Below are positions 48,416 through 57,540 of a stretch of DNA of 64,000 nt, in pieces. Under the pieces are notes generated by a model. That model did not search any database. It saw only the letters and a list, made by a program, of their open reading frames with translations, and had not been told where the DNA came from. A program made the translations under genes and the position numbers. Source of the stretch: a virus. Position 1 is the stretch's first letter. Each line of letters starts with the position of its first letter. The stretch is taken from the IMG/VR virus record IMGVR_UViG_3300027749_000040, positions 1 through 64,000 of that record; one strand, written 5' to 3'.

Positions 48416-49639
48416 ATGGCATATACAATTGTTAAAAGTGATGGTACAGTACTAACAACCATCGCTGATGGAACTATTAATACTACTAGTACAAGTTTGG
48501 GCTTGCCTGGTAGAAACTTTGCAGGATATGGACAAACTGTAGACACAAACTTTGTGCACCAGCTTGAAAATTATGCGGCAAACACACCACCTGCTAACCC
48601 ATTACGTGGTCAATTATGGTATGATCTTAATTCTAGTTTATTAAAAGTATGCCCAACAGACGGATTATCAAACGCAAATGCTTGGGTTTCATTAGCAGTT
48701 AGTTCAGGAACATCTACAACAACATTTGGTTCAGTTTCAGTCACTGGTAATTTACAAGCAAACAACATTACTGCTGTAAATGCTATCGTTGGGGACACAA
48801 TTACAGTTCGTTTAGCTACAGTATCAGCAAATGCTACAATTGCTAATGCATCAATCACAACTGGTAATATTGGCACATTAAATACACAAATTATTACGAC
48901 AGGTGGTAATGGTACAGGTGGTACAATAACCGGTACCTGGACTGCAAATGGTTCTGCAAACTCGTTTGTTATTGGTTCAGGTAACATTTATGTTTCTAAC
49001 ATAGGTAATGTTTGGGGTGTTAAAACAGACAAATATATGTATGCTAATGGAGATCCTATCAGTTTTGCAGGTACATATAATAATAGCAATGTTTCTGATT
49101 ATCTAGTAGGAGCAAATTCAGTAGTTCAATTTACTGGAAATATTGCCCCAGGAAGAGTAACAACTCAAGTGATCACTGCCGGTGCAAACACCACAACAGC
49201 TAATATTACAGGTAACTGGTCTCTAACTGCAGGATCAAGACTCAATGCAACATATGCTGACTTGGCAGAACGTTTTGCGGCTGATGAGGTATATGATGCA
49301 GGAACAGTTGTTGAATTAGGCGGTGAGCAAGAAATTACTGCTGTTCAATATGAATTAAGTGAAGATGTGTTTGGGGTAGTGTCTGACACAGCGGCATATC
49401 TAATGAACTCAGACGCCGGCCCAGATGCTACGCATCCTCCAATTGCGGTTGGTGGTCGAGTACAGGTTAAAGTTATAGGTAAAGTACGTAAAGGTCAGCG
49501 TCTTGTTTCTGCAGGAAATGGCATAGCACGTGCGGCAAAAGATGATGAAGCAACAGCCTTCAACACAATTGGAAGAGCATTGGCTCACAAAACTGACGAC
49601 GGTGTCGGTACAGTAGAAGCATTCGTATCAATAAAATAA
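48416..49639 (+). CDS. Tail fibre with C-terminal intramolecular chaperone/autocleavage domain
   Basis: N-terminal NFVHQLENYA..TPP.NPL.GQLWYD; Thr/Gly/Asn-rich shaft; C-terminal YADLAERF..D..Y..GTVV..GG...GRV.VKVIG; late box at 48385-48392. Confidence 0.75.
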   Translation: MAYTIVKSDGTVLTTIADGTINTTSTSLGLPGRNFAGYGQTVDTNFVHQLENYAANTPPANPLRGQLWYDLNSSLLKVCPTDGLSNANAWVSLAVSSGTSTTTFGSVSVTGNLQANNITAVNAIVGDTITVRLATVSANATIANASITTGNIGTLNTQIITTGGNGTGGTITGTWTANGSANSFVIGSGNIYVSNIGNVWGVKTDKYMYANGDPISFAGTYNNSNVSDYLVGANSVVQFTGNIAPGRVTTQVITAGANTTTANITGNWSLTAGSRLNATYADLAERFAADEVYDAGTVVELGGEQEITAVQYELSEDVFGVVSDTAAYLMNSDAGPDATHPPIAVGGRVQVKVIGKVRKGQRLVSAGNGIARAAKDDEATAFNTIGRALAHKTDDGVGTVEAFVSIK

Positions 49640-49649
49640 GGATAAAAAA

Positions 49650-50603
49650 ATGAGTTACGCACAATATGGATCAATAGCGGCATCAGACTTTAATGGTTTA
49701 GTTGGCGCCAACCCCGGAAGCACAATAAATGTGTTAAACACAACATGGGCCATTGGAGCTGCCGCAGCCGGTTATGGTCAAACGGCTGAAGCCAACGTTG
49801 CATCAGGTGATTTAATTACTGCTTCAAAGTGGGCAAACTTAGTTAATAAAACAGCAAATGCCGCAACACATCAGGGTTCGTCAATCACTGCTGTTACAGC
49901 ACCGGTTGCCGGCGGCACAATTACTTATTTGTCTGCGATACCCACAAACTTAACAACAATCTATACAAATAGAAAAAATGCAGCCACACAGGGATCCACA
50001 ACATCAAATGCAGTAGCAGCCGCATCAACTTGGTCTAGTATTGCAACGTTTACTCACACAGCAACATTTGCTAATGGTGACGCCGCACGTTACTTTTTTA
50101 ATTCAGGCGGTCAATTGGCAATTACAGTAGCTAATGCTAATAATGCAGCCGGCATCAACTTATTATTAAACAACTTATGTTCTAATGTTGGTACTGTAGT
50201 ATTGTCATCACCTACGTCAGGTACAGCAACTATTGCGGGTACATCATACAGCGGTGTAACTAAAATAGGTGGTGGCGGCAACTCACCAACAATTGCAACT
50301 AATACTGGCTACTATGCATTGACAACTGCCAATGCAAACGCTTTTTATCAAACCGCATCAACTGGTCCTTCTGGATATCTGTCAACCAACATTAATATCT
50401 TTATCAAGTCAAACGGTACAGTAGGTAGTAATGGTGATGTGGGTAATGTGATTACCATATATACAGTTTGGGATGAAATTCCAAATGGTTTAACAGTTGG
50501 TACAGGATCAACAACTACACTAACTGTACGTCCACCAGAAGTTACTAATCTTGCTAATACTTGGGGCACGATCACATTGGCTGGCTCAGTAGTAGTATCT
50601 TAA
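49650..50603 (+). CDS. Fibre/virion structural protein
   Basis: Thr/Ala/Gly-rich; GYGQT, ITA..W..L, ARYFFNSGG; adjacent to the fibre gene. Confidence 0.6.
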   Translation: MSYAQYGSIAASDFNGLVGANPGSTINVLNTTWAIGAAAAGYGQTAEANVASGDLITASKWANLVNKTANAATHQGSSITAVTAPVAGGTITYLSAIPTNLTTIYTNRKNAATQGSTTSNAVAAASTWSSIATFTHTATFANGDAARYFFNSGGQLAITVANANNAAGINLLLNNLCSNVGTVVLSSPTSGTATIAGTSYSGVTKIGGGGNSPTIATNTGYYALTTANANAFYQTASTGPSGYLSTNINIFIKSNGTVGSNGDVGNVITIYTVWDEIPNGLTVGTGSTTTLTVRPPEVTNLANTWGTITLAGSVVVS

Positions 50604-50625
50604 TTTTTCAATACATTGGTATCTA

Positions 50626-50633
50626 TCTAAATA
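50626..50633 (+). promoter_or_regulatory. Late promoter box (TCTAAATA) heading the modification-enzyme operon
   Basis: TAAATA core, AGGAG SD, ATG at 50650. Confidence 0.65.
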
Positions 50634-50649
50634 CTCTTAGGAGTTACAG

Positions 50650-50958
50650 ATGGATACCAAAACCTTAATCAGCGAGGCGAGAGCCAGATTTAATCATAAC
50701 GCTGCCAAAGCTCAATTAAAAGACAAATATGATGGCAAATTTATTGTTGCCGAACAAGGGGGACTTTGGAAAGCAACCCCTGAATTCATTGCATTTTTAA
50801 GTGCATTATCAGATGATAACTTTGTTATATTAATTGATACCTTTGACAACCCAGTAGAAGTTAAGCGTGAACAACTACTAACAATACTAAAAGCTACTTA
50901 TAGTAAAGTCATGCTTGATTGGCACAAAGAATGGAAAGAACTAGAGTCAAAACGATGA
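50650..50958 (+). CDS. Hypothetical protein (first gene of the enzyme operon)
   Basis: 102 aa with strong SD; LID.FDNP motif; ATGA overlap with the next gene. Confidence 0.75.
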   Translation: MDTKTLISEARARFNHNAAKAQLKDKYDGKFIVAEQGGLWKATPEFIAFLSALSDDNFVILIDTFDNPVEVKREQLLTILKATYSKVMLDWHKEWKELESKR

Positions 50959-51758
50959 GTAGAGGAGCAATATTATTTGCATTCAACTCGCCTAAGTTTG
51001 ATTACTACAAAATGGCAGTTGCTACTGCAAAAAGAATTAATCATTTTTTGGATATGCCTGTCACAGTTGTGACAGATGAATCTTCTGTGTCCAATGACCC
51101 TTATAAATTTGACAACACTATATTAGTTGAACCTGATAAAAGCAACTCTAGAGATTGGGGCATGTGGATCAACAAGGGTCGATATCAAGCATATGAACTA
51201 AGCCCATATGATGAAACATTATTACTTGATACTGACTATATGGTCAATTCAAATAAGATATTAGACATATTCAATTATTATGATGACTTTTGCTGTCATA
51301 ATAAAACAAGTTATTTGATGCAACCTGGATTAGTACAAGAAGTTCTTAGCGTTTATAGTTTTGAAACACTATGGGCAACAGTAGTTGCATTTAAAAAATC
51401 AAATCGTACTAAGCAAATATTTGAATGTTTAGAAATGGTTCAGAAAAACTTTGAACATTACAGTAACTTGCATGGATTTGTTGCGGGAACATTTAGAAAT
51501 GATTACGCATTAACCTTAGCACTTAGAATTGCTAATGGTCATTCATTTGCTAAACAAGACTTTATCCCATGGAACTTAGTTCATTTGGGCCAAAAGAATG
51601 TACATATCTATAAAAATAATGATGATGAATTTAACACAGAATATACTGTACTACATGATAATTGGCAACGTGGTAAAATCAAAAAAGAATATACAACAAT
51701 CAAAGACATGGATTTTCATGTGATGAACAAACTTAACTTTATGGAATTAATAGCATGA
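50955..51758 (+). CDS. GT-A glycosyltransferase (GT8/GT71-like)
   Basis: G..LFA, YELSPYDETLLLDTDY (DxD), WATVVAFKK, RNDYA; ATG 50955 overlaps the upstream TGA. Confidence 0.7.
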   Translation: MSRGAILFAFNSPKFDYYKMAVATAKRINHFLDMPVTVVTDESSVSNDPYKFDNTILVEPDKSNSRDWGMWINKGRYQAYELSPYDETLLLDTDYMVNSNKILDIFNYYDDFCCHNKTSYLMQPGLVQEVLSVYSFETLWATVVAFKKSNRTKQIFECLEMVQKNFEHYSNLHGFVAGTFRNDYALTLALRIANGHSFAKQDFIPWNLVHLGQKNVHIYKNNDDEFNTEYTVLHDNWQRGKIKKEYTTIKDMDFHVMNKLNFMELIA

Positions 51759-52531
51759 CTAGAGGTTTTGTAATTATGGCACAGAACACGGAAAAAACTG
51801 ACTATGTAAAGTGTGCTAAAGCATTAGAGTTGAGTATCAAGCGGGTAATGCCAGATGCTAATGTAACTATTATCACAACTGATATTTTGCCACACGGAGA
51901 TCAAGCACCTGATAGTGATTGGAAACTTATTAATGACTGGCAAGTATATGAAGCTAGTCCATATGATGAGACAATCAAGTTAGAAGCTGATATGTTTTTA
52001 CCACGTAGTATTGAGCATTGGTTTGATATTATGTCAATCAATGATGTAACATTGTGTACAAAGATACGAAATTATAAGGGTGAGATTTCTACAGTAAGAG
52101 TTTATAGGAAGTTTATTGATGACAACAATCTACCTGATGTATACAATGCTATTACTTATTTTAAAAAGTCTGAAATGGCAAAACAATTTTTTGATATAGT
52201 AAGAGATGTGTTTGAAAATTGGGAAATATATAAAACAATACTGAAATGTAACCCAACAGAAAAAGCAACAACTGATTGGGTATATGCAATAGCAAGTCAT
52301 ATAATAGGTGTAGAAAAAACAACATTACCTAGTTTTAATGAATTGTCTATGACACATATGAAACAATTTATTTCCGGAACTCCCACTGAAAATTGGACGG
52401 ATACATTGGTGTATGAATTATTGCCAGATGTTTTACGAGTACACACTTATTCACAAGAGTATCCGTTTCACTATCATTCAAAGTCATTTAGTGATAAAAT
52501 AATAGAAAGCTACAAATGGAACACGTATTAA
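51755..52531 (+). CDS. GT-A glycosyltransferase paralog (ExD variant)
   Basis: RGFVIMA, YEASPYDETIKLEADM, YNAITYFKKS, PFHYH.K; clear paralog of the upstream gene. Confidence 0.7.
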   Translation: MTRGFVIMAQNTEKTDYVKCAKALELSIKRVMPDANVTIITTDILPHGDQAPDSDWKLINDWQVYEASPYDETIKLEADMFLPRSIEHWFDIMSINDVTLCTKIRNYKGEISTVRVYRKFIDDNNLPDVYNAITYFKKSEMAKQFFDIVRDVFENWEIYKTILKCNPTEKATTDWVYAIASHIIGVEKTTLPSFNELSMTHMKQFISGTPTENWTDTLVYELLPDVLRVHTYSQEYPFHYHSKSFSDKIIESYKWNTY

Positions 52532-52848
52532 TTTGGGAACCGGTACCATTAGTAAAGCCTGAATTCAGGCTTTACTATGATGACAAAGGTAAAGTTCTTT
52601 TCTATTCATGTGAAAAACTTGAGGGTAATTACATTGTTATAGATGCTACTACATATTCAATTGGTCGACCGGACTTACGAGTTATTGACGGTAAAATTTC
52701 TACAGCAGTACCTAGTTTGGTTGTTTCAAAATTAATGCCAAATAGTGAAGGTATTGCTTGTACTGAAGAAGATATTAGTATTGTAGTAGATAAAAAATAC
52801 AAAGGTAAAACTATTAATTGGAATTTAATAACGTATGAACTCGAATGA
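52516..52848 (+). CDS. Hypothetical protein
   Basis: 110 aa overlapping both neighbours within the operon. Confidence 0.65.
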   Translation: MEHVLIWEPVPLVKPEFRLYYDDKGKVLFYSCEKLEGNYIVIDATTYSIGRPDLRVIDGKISTAVPSLVVSKLMPNSEGIACTEEDISIVVDKKYKGKTINWNLITYELE

Positions 52849-53788
52849 TATTATTGATGTAGCAGATTTAGATTGCATTTATCTAAGTTACGATGAACCG
52901 CAAAAAGAAGAATTTTGGCTTAAAGTCAAACACATGGTGCCATGGGCAAAGCGTGTTGACAATGTTAAAGGTAGTGATGCGGCACACAAAGCCGCAGGTG
53001 AAGCAAGTGATACAGAACGTTTCATTTTAATTGATGGTGATAACATGCCAGAAGAAAGTTTCTTCAACATTCAATTAGATTTTACAGACAAAGACAAAAC
53101 ATTCAGAAAAGCACAGTTTAGATGGAAAGCAATTAACAGTATCAATGGCTTGCGCTATGGTAATGGTGGTATGAGCAGTTGGACAAAGACTTACGTGCGT
53201 GAAATGCAAACGCATGAGCATCAAACGGAGGGTGATGTTTCACGTATAGCTGACTTTTGTTTAGACAGCAAAGATAATCTATATTGGGCGATGCATGATT
53301 GTTACAGTACAACATATCCTAACTATACAAGTTTTCAAGCGTGGCGTGCAGGTTTCCGTGAAGGTGTTAAAATGAGTTTGAATCGAGGCGTGCGCCCAAC
53401 GGTAGATGAATTCAAAGAAACAGTTGCAAGCAGAAATCTAAACAACTTGACTATCTGGCAGAACGTGGGAATGGATGTAGAGAACGGTGAGTGGGCGATC
53501 ATGGGAGCACGTATGGGAACTCATATGACTATGCTAACTGATTGGGACGTACATAATGTTCAATGGTTTGATAACTATCCTGCAATGTGGGAGACAGTTA
53601 AAGATGAAGACCCACTAGAACTATCAGAAACATATGGTGTTGAACTAAGCACTAAGCTAGGCTTACCAATGTGTGCGTTAGATAGTAAACAGAGTAAGTT
53701 TTTCAAGCGACACTATGGATCAAATTTTCATAACAAAGGTCCACTAGTAACTGAGATGGAAGTGATTCGTGAGATTGAAGGTTGGTAA
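52835..53788 (+). CDS. GT-A-fold nucleotide-sugar transferase-like protein
   Basis: IYLSYDEP, AAHKAA, FILIDGDN (DxD), NGLRYGNGG, AWRAGFREGVKM. Confidence 0.6.
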   Translation: MNSNDIIDVADLDCIYLSYDEPQKEEFWLKVKHMVPWAKRVDNVKGSDAAHKAAGEASDTERFILIDGDNMPEESFFNIQLDFTDKDKTFRKAQFRWKAINSINGLRYGNGGMSSWTKTYVREMQTHEHQTEGDVSRIADFCLDSKDNLYWAMHDCYSTTYPNYTSFQAWRAGFREGVKMSLNRGVRPTVDEFKETVASRNLNNLTIWQNVGMDVENGEWAIMGARMGTHMTMLTDWDVHNVQWFDNYPAMWETVKDEDPLELSETYGVELSTKLGLPMCALDSKQSKFFKRHYGSNFHNKGPLVTEMEVIREIEGW

Positions 53789-54450
53789 TGCAATTATATG
53801 ATCCATCTAAGAAAGGCACAATTGTAGTTGGACATATGCGTTCAGGTTCTCAATATTTATTGAGTCTAGTTAAAATAGAATTGCAAAAAAATAATGTTGA
53901 ATTTGATGACAACGGAGAATACTTTAAAGATATATTCAGTGCCATTAGATATACTGATAATAGTTACTCATTCTTAAATATTATTGACAAAATAAAAAAA
54001 CAGGACATTAGTACTAATTATAGTGTGGGTACAATCGTCTATCCTAATAGCTTAGATATGATTAGTCAGCATAAGTCAAATTATAATTATTTTTCTAATA
54101 ATTATCATCTTATTAAAATGATTAGAAAAGATGTTATGGCACAATTTATGTCATACATGGTATTTATTGAATCAAAGGCACTACATAGCGGTATAAAATC
54201 AATGGACGAAGTTAAAATAAATACTCCTTATACAGCAGGCAGACTTCATATAATACATTATCTAAATAAACTATTAGAATTAGAAAGATTTAAGGCTGAC
54301 ACAACTGTATACTATGAAGATTTACCGCACTTACCCATACCAGGTCTAACAAAAAATAATTATAATATGACCCCTAAAGAATTTTTTAAAAATTACGATG
54401 ATATTGTAAATCAAATTAACGAATTAAATATAACACATTATGAGCGGTGA
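53788..54450 (+). CDS. Sulfotransferase-like protein (Stf0-type PAPS-binding P-loop)
   Basis: 5'-PSB-like MRSGSQYL, 3'-PB-like RKDVMAQFMS, C-terminal YEDL. Confidence 0.6.
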   Translation: MQLYDPSKKGTIVVGHMRSGSQYLLSLVKIELQKNNVEFDDNGEYFKDIFSAIRYTDNSYSFLNIIDKIKKQDISTNYSVGTIVYPNSLDMISQHKSNYNYFSNNYHLIKMIRKDVMAQFMSYMVFIESKALHSGIKSMDEVKINTPYTAGRLHIIHYLNKLLELERFKADTTVYYEDLPHLPIPGLTKNNYNMTPKEFFKNYDDIVNQINELNITHYER

Positions 54451-56005
54451 ATACGATCAATTCGCTAGAGATATGCGTGACCGCTTGAATGCGGTTAGTC
54501 CATCACTATGTTTGGCAAAGTGGCAACAAGTCTCTATTCACTTACCTAGTGGATTGACTCAAAGTTGCTATCATCCACCAACACATAAGATACCTCTAGA
54601 ATTACTCAAAGACAATCCTAGCGTATTACACAACACCCCAATCAAAATACATGAACGTAAGCAAATGCTTGAGGGCAAACGACCAGAAGGTTGTAGTTAT
54701 TGCTGGAAAGTAGAAGACGCTAAGAGCGAAGACCCTAAAGGTCATATGAGTGACAGACACTATCGCAGTAGCGAATGGTGGAACGCACCCACGTTTGAAG
54801 AAGTCACACAAAACAAGTTTGATTATGATGTTGTACCTCGGTATGTAGAAGTTAACTTTAATCAGGCATGTAACTTTAAATGTATGTATTGTAGTCCTCA
54901 TCTTTCTAGTAGTTGGGAAGAAGAAGTTAAAAAGCATGGTGGTTATCAATTAACCGGTATGATACATAATAACTTAAAAGCACTAGAACAAAAAGGAATG
55001 ATGCCACTCAAGGTTGCAAATAAAGACAACCCCTATGTTGAAGCATTCTGGCAATGGTTTCCTGAAATATATCGTAAACTACGTGTGTTTAGAATGACCG
55101 GTGGCGAGCCACTTATGGACAAGAACACATTCAAAGTGTTAGACTATGTAAACAAAAACCCACACGGTCAACTTGAATTATCTATCACAAGCAACATGTG
55201 CCCGCCCGATCAGAAATTATTTGACAAATTTGTTGAAAAAGTCAAAGCAATTGAGACACTACGCACATATGAAGACACAGAAAACTTCAATGTACATAGC
55301 GGTAACAACTGGTATGTAGACAAAGGATTCAAACACTTTTGGTTGTTTGTATCACTAGATGGTTTTGGTGAGCAAGCAGAATATATGAGAACTGGATTAG
55401 AGTTTGAACGCATGTTGAATAACGTAAGAACTTTTTTACGTGAAACAAAATATTCTACTGTGAGTTTTATAAACACATTCAATATCATGTCTATTCCAAG
55501 TTTACATAAGTTCTTAGAAATGGTATTAGAATTACGTGCTGAGTTTGGTGGAAGAAGTCAAGTTGAGTTTGAGATTAGTCCTGACCAAACTGAAACAGAA
55601 AAAGAAAATAACATTGTTCACAAGGTTTATACTCAAAAGAAATATCAACGTGTGTTCTTTGATATTCCAATATTACGTTACCCGCCGTGGTTTAATATTC
55701 AAAACAGCGGACAATATGGAATTGATGAAGTAGAACGTTGCTTGAAGTATATGGAAGACAATGTACAGGGTGATGACTATTTGGAAACATTTGAGGGATT
55801 TAAACCGTATGAGATATTGAAAATTAAGCGAGACCTTGCTATAATGAAAGAATCTCTACCCCCGGACCAACTTTTACTAAATAAAAAGAACTTCTACATG
55901 TTTATTACAGAATATGATAGACGCAGACAAACGAATTTTATGGAAACCTTTCCGGAACTAAAGAGCTACTGGAGAGAATGTATCAAAGCGCACACTAAAC
56001 ATTAA
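54440..56005 (+). CDS. Radical SAM enzyme 1 with N-terminal twitch/SPASM-like module
   Basis: CLAKW..SCYHP..CSYC; CNFKCMYC; GGEP; C-terminal YDRRR..NF..TFPEL. Confidence 0.9.
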   Translation: MSGEYDQFARDMRDRLNAVSPSLCLAKWQQVSIHLPSGLTQSCYHPPTHKIPLELLKDNPSVLHNTPIKIHERKQMLEGKRPEGCSYCWKVEDAKSEDPKGHMSDRHYRSSEWWNAPTFEEVTQNKFDYDVVPRYVEVNFNQACNFKCMYCSPHLSSSWEEEVKKHGGYQLTGMIHNNLKALEQKGMMPLKVANKDNPYVEAFWQWFPEIYRKLRVFRMTGGEPLMDKNTFKVLDYVNKNPHGQLELSITSNMCPPDQKLFDKFVEKVKAIETLRTYEDTENFNVHSGNNWYVDKGFKHFWLFVSLDGFGEQAEYMRTGLEFERMLNNVRTFLRETKYSTVSFINTFNIMSIPSLHKFLEMVLELRAEFGGRSQVEFEISPDQTETEKENNIVHKVYTQKKYQRVFFDIPILRYPPWFNIQNSGQYGIDEVERCLKYMEDNVQGDDYLETFEGFKPYEILKIKRDLAIMKESLPPDQLLLNKKNFYMFITEYDRRRQTNFMETFPELKSYWRECIKAHTKH

Positions 56006-56013
56006 GGAATAAA

Positions 56014-57540
56014 ATGGCAGGCAAGAAACACGAAGAATCATTTGCACAATACAAATCACGACTTATCGACCCCATTAGCGATAGCTATTGTGCCGCTAAG
56101 TGGCTAAATGCTACTATCTGGTTAGGCAACGGACAAACAACCAGTTGTCACCACCCATTAGGTCATCAAATTGATGTCAATGAACTAGCCACAAATCCTT
56201 CAGCAATTCATAATACTCCGCACAAGAAACTAATGCGTAAAATGATGCAAGAAGGACAACGCCCGCAAGAGTGTGAATACTGCTGGAAGATTGAAGATAT
56301 TGGTCGTGATAACATGAGTGATCGTGTTTATAAAACTGCTGTGTTTGAAGAATCAGATATTCTTAAAACTGCCAAAGCAGATTGGCAAGAGAATACAATG
56401 TTGAAGACATTAGAAGTTTCTTTTGACCGTACATGTAATTTTGCTTGTAGTTATTGTAATCCAAGTTTCAGTACAACATGGGTTAAAGATATTCACAAGT
56501 TTGGTCCTTATCGTAACATTGACGGTGATGCACGTAGTCACTTTATCAATGAAGCTGACCATGCTAAACCACTAGCGGACGATATTAATCCATATTCACA
56601 GGCATTTTGGCGCTGGTGGGAAGAAGGACTTGCTGACAACTTAGAAGAAATTCGCATTACGGGTGGTGAACCATTAATGGCTCCGGGTGTATGGAAGTTG
56701 TTTGAATGGTTTCGTAATAATCAAGAACGTGCGACAAATCGTCCAGACGGTAAGGTATTGCGCTATGCTATCAACAGTAACTTAGTTCCCAAAGATGATA
56801 TCATGGACAAGTTAATTGAGTATAGCAAATTTGTTCCCTATATGGAAGTATATACAAGTTGTGAAGCTTTTGGTGCTCATGCTGAATATATCCGTGATGG
56901 TTTTGAATGGAACAAATGGATTCATAACCTAGGTAGATTGCACACTGAAGGCAATATCAAAAAGACACACATGATGATGACTATCAATAGTTTGTGTTTG
57001 GCTAGTATTGTTGAGTTCATGGATCAAATGATGGAATTCAAAAAGATTCACAACACGATGTATCCTACAATGAGTTTAAACATCTTGCGTTTCCCTAGCT
57101 TTCAAAGTTGTGCTATGTTGCCAACTGAGATTCGCCAAAAGTATAAAGACAAACTACAGGTATGGTTAGACAATCAGATTGCTATGGATTTCCGTACTAG
57201 TGAAGGTGCACCAATGTTGATGAGTATTGAGCGTGAACAAACACAACGATTGATTGATTACCTTGACGTTGTTAAAACACCACACAAGAATGTTAAAGAC
57301 ATTCCGCAGAATCATAGAGACTTTAAACAGTTCTATGCTCAATATGATGTCCGTCGTGGTAAGAGTTTCCGTAATACTTTTCCACCAGAGTTTGTTGCAT
57401 TCTATGATAGTATTCAAACAGAATTGCCAACAGCAGATGAAATTATTACACAAAATTACCGTCAAGGTGTTGATTTGATTCCGGAGCATCCACCTGAAGA
57501 TCCAAGCAAAGATGTATTTTTTAACCAAGATTTACAATGA
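56014..57540 (+). CDS. Radical SAM enzyme 2 with N-terminal twitch/SPASM-like module
   Basis: CAAKW..SCHHP..CEYC; CNFACSYC; GGEP; YDVRRG.SF..TFP. Confidence 0.9.
   Translation: MAGKKHEESFAQYKSRLIDPISDSYCAAKWLNATIWLGNGQTTSCHHPLGHQIDVNELATNPSAIHNTPHKKLMRKMMQEGQRPQECEYCWKIEDIGRDNMSDRVYKTAVFEESDILKTAKADWQENTMLKTLEVSFDRTCNFACSYCNPSFSTTWVKDIHKFGPYRNIDGDARSHFINEADHAKPLADDINPYSQAFWRWWEEGLADNLEEIRITGGEPLMAPGVWKLFEWFRNNQERATNRPDGKVLRYAINSNLVPKDDIMDKLIEYSKFVPYMEVYTSCEAFGAHAEYIRDGFEWNKWIHNLGRLHTEGNIKKTHMMMTINSLCLASIVEFMDQMMEFKKIHNTMYPTMSLNILRFPSFQSCAMLPTEIRQKYKDKLQVWLDNQIAMDFRTSEGAPMLMSIEREQTQRLIDYLDVVKTPHKNVKDIPQNHRDFKQFYAQYDVRRGKSFRNTFPPEFVAFYDSIQTELPTADEIITQNYRQGVDLIPEHPPEDPSKDVFFNQDLQ

Noticed and set aside
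50650-52848. Small operon ORFs as RiPP precursor peptides
   Set aside because: They look like globular 100-110-aa proteins without leader/core or repeated Cys/Ser/Trp motifs; no RRE, peptidase or transporter seen.
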